A stretch of DNA of 64,000 nt from Candidatus Parcubacteria bacterium (GTDB lineage Bacteria; Patescibacteriota; Minisyncoccia; UBA6257; JAGOQP01), in the NCBI GenBank assembly GCA_025999395.1, contig AP024682.1:367487-431486 (forward strand). The letters are read 5' to 3'. The notes under the pieces were generated by a model. The model made no database searches. It was not told where the DNA came from and saw only the letters and a program-made list of their open reading frames with translations. Of this stretch, positions 59,743-64,000 are shown piece by piece. The position numbers and the translations under genes are program-made. Each line of letters opens with the position of its first letter. Within the stretch, counting starts at the first letter, position 1.

Positions 59743-60324
59743 TTAGAGATTATTTTTTTGGCTATTCTCATCCTCAATAAGGAGAACTGCCGCTGCAATC
59801 GTTGTTGTCCAAAGTCCATTTTTATCGCCTTCTGCTGATTGAGTAATATTTGTAGTTCGAATAATCTTTCCTGATGACTTATAAACCTGCTCTCTTTCAT
59901 CCCAAGCAGCACTAGGATCAAATTCCAATCCTAAAGTAGAAGCTAACATTGTTGCTGCCAAGTCTTCAGCATATTCTCCTGCTTTTTCTTCAGTTTCTCC
60001 AAAGGAATGATGTTCTGAAAGATAACCATATTGATTAGGATCAGCTGGTTGAGCCAAACCAATCGCTGAGGCGATTAAACGATTAGGTTCATTAGTTGAG
60101 TTTCTCGCTAAAACCACAAAAACAATTTGCCCCGGAGAAAGAAGTTTTTTACCCTCTTCTCTGGAAATCCTTTTACATCCCGGAGGAAAAATGGAACTTA
60201 CTGTTACTAAATTATATTCAGCAATCCCCGCGTTTCTTAAGGCCATCTCAAAAGATTGAAGGTAGTCTTTGTGACGACCAACTCCTTTGGTGAAAAACAT
60301 TTTAGTGGGTACAAGATTGTTCAT
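59743..60324 (-). CDS. pdaD: pyruvoyl-dependent arginine decarboxylase (PdaD/AaxB family)
   Basis: [28 protein letters not shown] (self-cleavage Ser-Ser). Confidence 0.8.
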   Translation of the reverse strand: MNNLVPTKMFFTKGVGRHKDYLQSFEMALRNAGIAEYNLVTVSSIFPPGCKRISREEGKKLLSPGQIVFVVLARNSTNEPNRLIASAIGLAQPADPNQYGYLSEHHSFGETEEKAGEYAEDLAATMLASTLGLEFDPSAAWDEREQVYKSSGKIIRTTNITQSAEGDKNGLWTTTIAAAVLLIEDENSQKNNL

Positions 60325-60412
60325 GTTTTTTAATTTTTTTAAATTTTAACTTTTTAAAAGATTAAAATTAATAATAAAAATAAACAAAAATTAAAAAATA
60401 AACAATCTCTCT

Positions 60413-61384
60413 TCATCTTTTCAAGTAAAAAGAAATAATTTTCTTTACTTCTGTAGCATTTTGAGCGCCCATTAGTTTTAAGCGAATTTCTTTAGCACCA
60501 GCAAAATCAGAGATGTAAGCAGCTAAATGTTTCCTTAAATGACAAAAAGGTTTTATTTCTTTAAAGGTTTTCTCAAAAAGAAGCGCGTGCTTTAAGGCTA
60601 TTTTTAATTTTTCTCTTTTCATTCTTTCTTTATCCTTAGTTAAAATTAAATATTTTTTTTCATCAAAAAACCAGGGGTTACCCAAAACACCACGGCCAAT
60701 CATAACACCATCAACTCCGTATTGAAAAGCTTTTTTTCTAGCATCAGAAATATCTTTAACATCTCCATTACCAATAATTATAATCTTTTCTTTTTTGACA
60801 ATTTTAGCAGCTTTAGCAATCGACTCCCAATCAGCAGGGGTTTGATAATTTTCTTTTTGAAGTCTCCCATGAAGAGTAATAGCAACAGGCTTAGCTTTGA
60901 CTAATTCTTTAACCCATTTTTCTACTATGTTTTTATTAAAACCCAATCTTGTTTTTACTGAAACAGGCAATCCCCCTCCTCCCTCCTTGGCAGCTAAAAT
61001 TAGTTCTCTGGCTAATTTTGGCTTTAAAATCAAAGCTGCTCCTCCTCCATTTTTGACAACCTTTTTATCTGGACAACCCATATTTATATCAATTCCATCA
61101 AATCCTAAAGAAGCAATAATTTTAGAAGCTTGAAAAATTACCTGAGGAGAAGCTCCCCAAATTTGAGCCACAATCGGCCTTTCTTTTTGAGAAAATTTTA
61201 AGTAGTAATTGATAATTCTTTTTTGAGAAGAAGGATGACAAAGACCATCCGCCGAGACAAATTCAGTCATTAAAACATCTGGCTTTTTATAAAAACACAC
61301 AATCTGACGAAAAGCGGTGTCAGTTACTTCATGCATGGGAGCTAATATAAAAAACGGCCTTGGAAGTTTTTCCCAAAAATTCAT
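60413..61384 (-). CDS. dus: tRNA-dihydrouridine synthase
   Basis: ILAPMHEVTDTAFRQI N-terminus, DINMGCP, TIM-barrel FMN pattern. Confidence 0.88.
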   Translation of the reverse strand: MNFWEKLPRPFFILAPMHEVTDTAFRQIVCFYKKPDVLMTEFVSADGLCHPSSQKRIINYYLKFSQKERPIVAQIWGASPQVIFQASKIIASLGFDGIDINMGCPDKKVVKNGGGAALILKPKLARELILAAKEGGGGLPVSVKTRLGFNKNIVEKWVKELVKAKPVAITLHGRLQKENYQTPADWESIAKAAKIVKKEKIIIIGNGDVKDISDARKKAFQYGVDGVMIGRGVLGNPWFFDEKKYLILTKDKERMKREKLKIALKHALLFEKTFKEIKPFCHLRKHLAAYISDFAGAKEIRLKLMGAQNATEVKKIISFYLKR

Positions 61385-61394
61385 AGAAAAATGT

Positions 61395-62516
61395 TTAAAC
61401 TAAAATTACTCCCAATCCAAAAAATTTAATCCAAAAAGAATTTCCAAAAAAAGTAATTAAAGTAGCCAAAATAAAAGGCTCTCGCAAAAGAGTGTATTTT
61501 TCTTTTAAGAAAAAAGAACGAAAGAGGCTAAAAATGATTACCAACAAAAAGCTAAAAATCAAAAAAACAATAAACTGTGGCCAACCGCAAATCAAAGCTC
61601 CCAACAAACCAATTTCTTTATCTCCTTCTTCAAAAAACCGCGGATTGCTTTTCTCCAAAGAGTGAAGAAAAAATAACCACAAAAAAGATACCAAAAAAAC
61701 AATAAAAACTTTCAACCAAAACCTCCCCCATGAATAAAAAAGAAAATAGTTTAATTTTCCTTCCTTCCCAATTAATTTACTCAAAAAATTTTCTTTTTGA
61801 GTAAAAAGAAAGACCGGAGTTTTTAAGAAAGGCCTCGTAAAATCAAATCGACTCCAAAGATAATATTGAATAGCTGTTAAAAAGAGAGCGAATAAAATAT
61901 AAAAAACTAAAGCTCCAGTAACTAACTTTTTTAAAGCTTTTTTAAAAGAAAAAGACTCAGGTTTTTTTCTGGATTTAAAAAAGAAAAAGATTAAAAGCGC
62001 GGTTAAGAAGAAAAAGAAAATTTTTGGCAGCCACACAGAAAGCCACAAAAGATAACTAAAGATACTAAAAAAACTTCCCAAAGAAGGAACTACCAAAAAA
62101 ATACTTAAAATCGCCAAAAAAATAGAAATTAAAGCAGAAACTAAACAATAAAAACAAAAATTCTTTATTATAAAAGACTGAACTCCTACTAAAAATAAAG
62201 AAAAAAGAGCTCCCGAAACTAATAAGGCCATTAACAGCCATCCTAAAAGAGGAAAATTATTTCCTACCAAATACCAAGCTAAAGAAGTCGCTCCAACTAA
62301 AAAGTAAAAAACGATTCCTAATATCTCATTACTTACTCCTGAAATTTTCGCCCAAGAACTTTCGAGAACCGCTCGACAGTCATAATTAAGAGGACAAACA
62401 AAAGGCTTACCAGCTAACTTTTTCCTTTTTTTAAAAATATAAATAGAATCAATAGCCCCCGCCAAAGAGAGAAGGAGAAAAAGAATAAAAAGAAAAAGTC
62501 TTAGCATACTGACCAA
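61395..62516 (-). CDS. VKOR (vitamin K epoxide reductase) family membrane oxidoreductase with extra C-terminal TM region
   Basis: Loop cysteines VCPLNYDC and TM CxxC motif NFCFYCLVSAL. Confidence 0.75.
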   Translation of the reverse strand: MVSMLRLFLFILFLLLSLAGAIDSIYIFKKRKKLAGKPFVCPLNYDCRAVLESSWAKISGVSNEILGIVFYFLVGATSLAWYLVGNNFPLLGWLLMALLVSGALFSLFLVGVQSFIIKNFCFYCLVSALISIFLAILSIFLVVPSLGSFFSIFSYLLWLSVWLPKIFFFFLTALLIFFFFKSRKKPESFSFKKALKKLVTGALVFYILFALFLTAIQYYLWSRFDFTRPFLKTPVFLFTQKENFLSKLIGKEGKLNYFLFYSWGRFWLKVFIVFLVSFLWLFFLHSLEKSNPRFFEEGDKEIGLLGALICGWPQFIVFLIFSFLLVIIFSLFRSFFLKEKYTLLREPFILATLITFFGNSFWIKFFGLGVILV

Positions 62517-62531
62517 AAGTTTAATTCAAAA

Positions 62532-63353
62532 CTATTTGGAAAGAAGAGTATCGATAATTGATTTCATTTCTTGGTAAGGAATTGCTCCTGAAACTGCGTA
62601 CTTTCCTCCCTTAGGAGAAATGATAACTGAATAAGGCGTTCCCTCTCCTCCCGAGTTTAGAGCATCTTGCAGATGTTGAGCTACTTTTTGAGCATAACGA
62701 TTGCTTTCTAAACACTCCTGAAATTTATTTTTATCCAAACCAACAATTTGAGCAATTTCAGGAAGTTTAGAAGGATCAAGGTTGTTATTAGAAGGAGTAA
62801 TTTCAAAAAGCTTATCTAAATAATCCCAAAATTTTTCATTTCCTCCTAATTCGGCTGCGCACTCTGTTGCTTGTGCCTCTTTTCTTGATTTGGGATGAAT
62901 GGAATCTAAGGGAAAATGACGATAAACCCAAGCGATCTTTCCATTATAATCAGAAACTAATCTTTTTAGAGTCGGATGAAATGATTTACAAAAAGGACAT
63001 TCGGTGTCGGAAAATTCTATGATTTTAAGGCTAGCATCCGCTGGTCCATAAATATGATCTTCTGAAGAAATAGGAACAACTTTTGATGGTCCTTTATCTA
63101 TCTTAACAGCAGGATTCGATGGTGGTAAAGAATTATCTCCTTCTTGAACTTTTTTGAGGCTGCTTTGATTTGAATAAATAATAGCTCCCGCTATAACAAT
63201 ACCCGCCAAAACAATAGCGGCAGGTGTGGAAATATTTAGTTTTGATTGGTTAGATGAATTAGATGAAGTCGAATATTCTTCTTCCTCGAAGTATTCTTCT
63301 TCCCCAATTTCTTCTTCATTTTTTTTCTTTGTTTCTTCTCTGTCTTTTTTCAT
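62532..63353 (-). CDS. DsbA-like thioredoxin-fold protein, membrane-anchored
   Basis: Acidic N-terminus, one TM, then FSDTECPFCKSFHP (CxxC). Confidence 0.8.
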   Translation of the reverse strand: MKKDREETKKKNEEEIGEEEYFEEEEYSTSSNSSNQSKLNISTPAAIVLAGIVIAGAIIYSNQSSLKKVQEGDNSLPPSNPAVKIDKGPSKVVPISSEDHIYGPADASLKIIEFSDTECPFCKSFHPTLKRLVSDYNGKIAWVYRHFPLDSIHPKSRKEAQATECAAELGGNEKFWDYLDKLFEITPSNNNLDPSKLPEIAQIVGLDKNKFQECLESNRYAQKVAQHLQDALNSGGEGTPYSVIISPKGGKYAVSGAIPYQEMKSIIDTLLSK

Positions 63354-63427
63354 ATTTTAAAATATTTTTTAATTTTAAAGACTTTAAAAAGCCTACCACA
63401 AATAATAGTAAATGTGTAGGAAAAAAA

Positions 63428-63652
63428 TCAGTCTGTCTTTATCTCATAAATTTTGTTGCGATTTGTTTTTCCCGCTACTAGTTTTATCTTAGATAAGGGA
63501 ATATTAAAGTAATTAGCCAAAAGCTGAGCAATTGCTTTGTTAGCTTCTCCTTTTTGAGGAAGAGCTTTAACCTTCACCTCAAAGAGATTATCCCCTTTTC
63601 TTTCAACTATTTCCTTTTTAGAATGAGGTTTAGCTTTGACAAAAATTATCAT
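63428..63652 (-). CDS. DUF167/YggU family protein
   Basis: VKAKPHSKKEIVE...LPQKGEANKAIAQLLANYFNIPLSKIKLVAGKTNRNKI. Confidence 0.7.
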   Translation of the reverse strand: MIIFVKAKPHSKKEIVERKGDNLFEVKVKALPQKGEANKAIAQLLANYFNIPLSKIKLVAGKTNRNKIYEIKTD

Positions 63653-63662
63653 TTCACCATCA

Positions 63663-63809
63663 TCTAAAAATTAAAAGAGCAATTATCCAAACAATAGAAG
63701 CAAAAACTACTCCTGCTACAAAACCAGCAAGAGAAGAGGCTAATGTTTTTCCAATCTTAAATTTATATTCTCGAGATTCATGAGAAATGAAATCCTTCCA
63801 CCACATACT
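63663..63809 (-). CDS. putative 48-aa single-TM peptide
   Basis: Hand translation MWWKDFISHESREYKFKIGKTLASSLAGFVAGVVFASIVWIIALLIFR. Confidence 0.2.
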
Positions 63810-63873
63810 TTGTTTAAAGTTTTTACAAATAATTTTAATTAAAAAGACTTTTAAAGTGGTTCCTGATTATCAA

Positions 63874-64000
63874 TTAAAAAGAAATTTTATCTCTTAATCT
63901 ATCTAGAAACTCAGCTTGAGGTGAATAAATTTTTTCTTTGGCAGTTTCTAAATCAAAAAATTTAGCTCTATCCACCTCTGGGAATTCAATAAATCCTCTT
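63874..64000 (-). CDS. 3' end of a hypothetical CDS continuing beyond the window
   Basis: Open frame from window edge to stop at 63874-63876. Confidence 0.3.
   Translation of the reverse strand, partial: RGFIEFPEVDRAKFFDLETAKEKIYSPQAEFLDRLRDKISF

Noticed and set aside
59721-59921. 66-aa minus-strand ORF
   Set aside because: Alternative frame overlapping the 3' end of pdaD. No support.
1-64000. CRISPR arrays, IS elements/transposases, integrases, prophage blocks, T-box leaders upstream of alaS/serS/tyrS/gltX/lysS
   Set aside because: No regularly spaced direct repeats, no transposase or integrase-like ORFs, and no T-box consensus were seen. The aaRS upstream regions are too short.

Overview
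This AT-rich 64 kb window reads as a small-genome, Candidate Phyla Radiation/Patescibacteria-like bacterium; that lineage call is inference only, based on the absence of L30, short core proteins, Lys-rich protein tails and a glycosyltransferase-rich envelope. It is dominated by core information-processing genes. In order, the window holds a GC-rich structured RNA-like element at its 5' edge, then alr, dnaG, rpoD and alaS, then two hypothetical proteins. Next comes an unusually placed alpha-operon block (infA-rpmJ-rpsM-rpsK-rpsD-rpoA-rplQ) upstream of tuf-rpsJ, then a terminator and leader. The S10/spc block follows, running rplC to rplO with no L30, then secY-adk-map. After that come a GT2 glycosyltransferase, greA, a frameshifted lysS, serS, an FtsQ-like gene, a GT-C glycosyltransferase and tyrS. 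A minus-strand cell-envelope and division cluster follows: a PD-(D/E)XK nuclease, an EnvC-like M23 peptidase, gltX, murG, ftsW, a degenerate amidohydrolase at the usual murD position, mraY, a dacA-like gene and scpBA. The window ends with dnaX, tRNA-Gln, an FN3-repeat surface protein, a truB-acylphosphatase fusion, ftsXE, prfB with its programmed +1 frameshift, tRNA-Thr, a membrane-anchored T4CP-like FtsK/HerA-family ATPase, a second GT-C enzyme, ychF, tsaC, an archaeal-type pyruvoyl arginine decarboxylase, dus and a VKOR-DsbA disulfide-bond pair. The most interesting candidates are the orphan T4CP-like ATPase with its upstream small protein, the VKOR-DsbA pair, the stand-alone Cas4-like nuclease, the TruB-acylphosphatase fusion, rpoA without its alpha-CTD and the lysS A7 frameshift. 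No CRISPR array, IS element or prophage was recognised.
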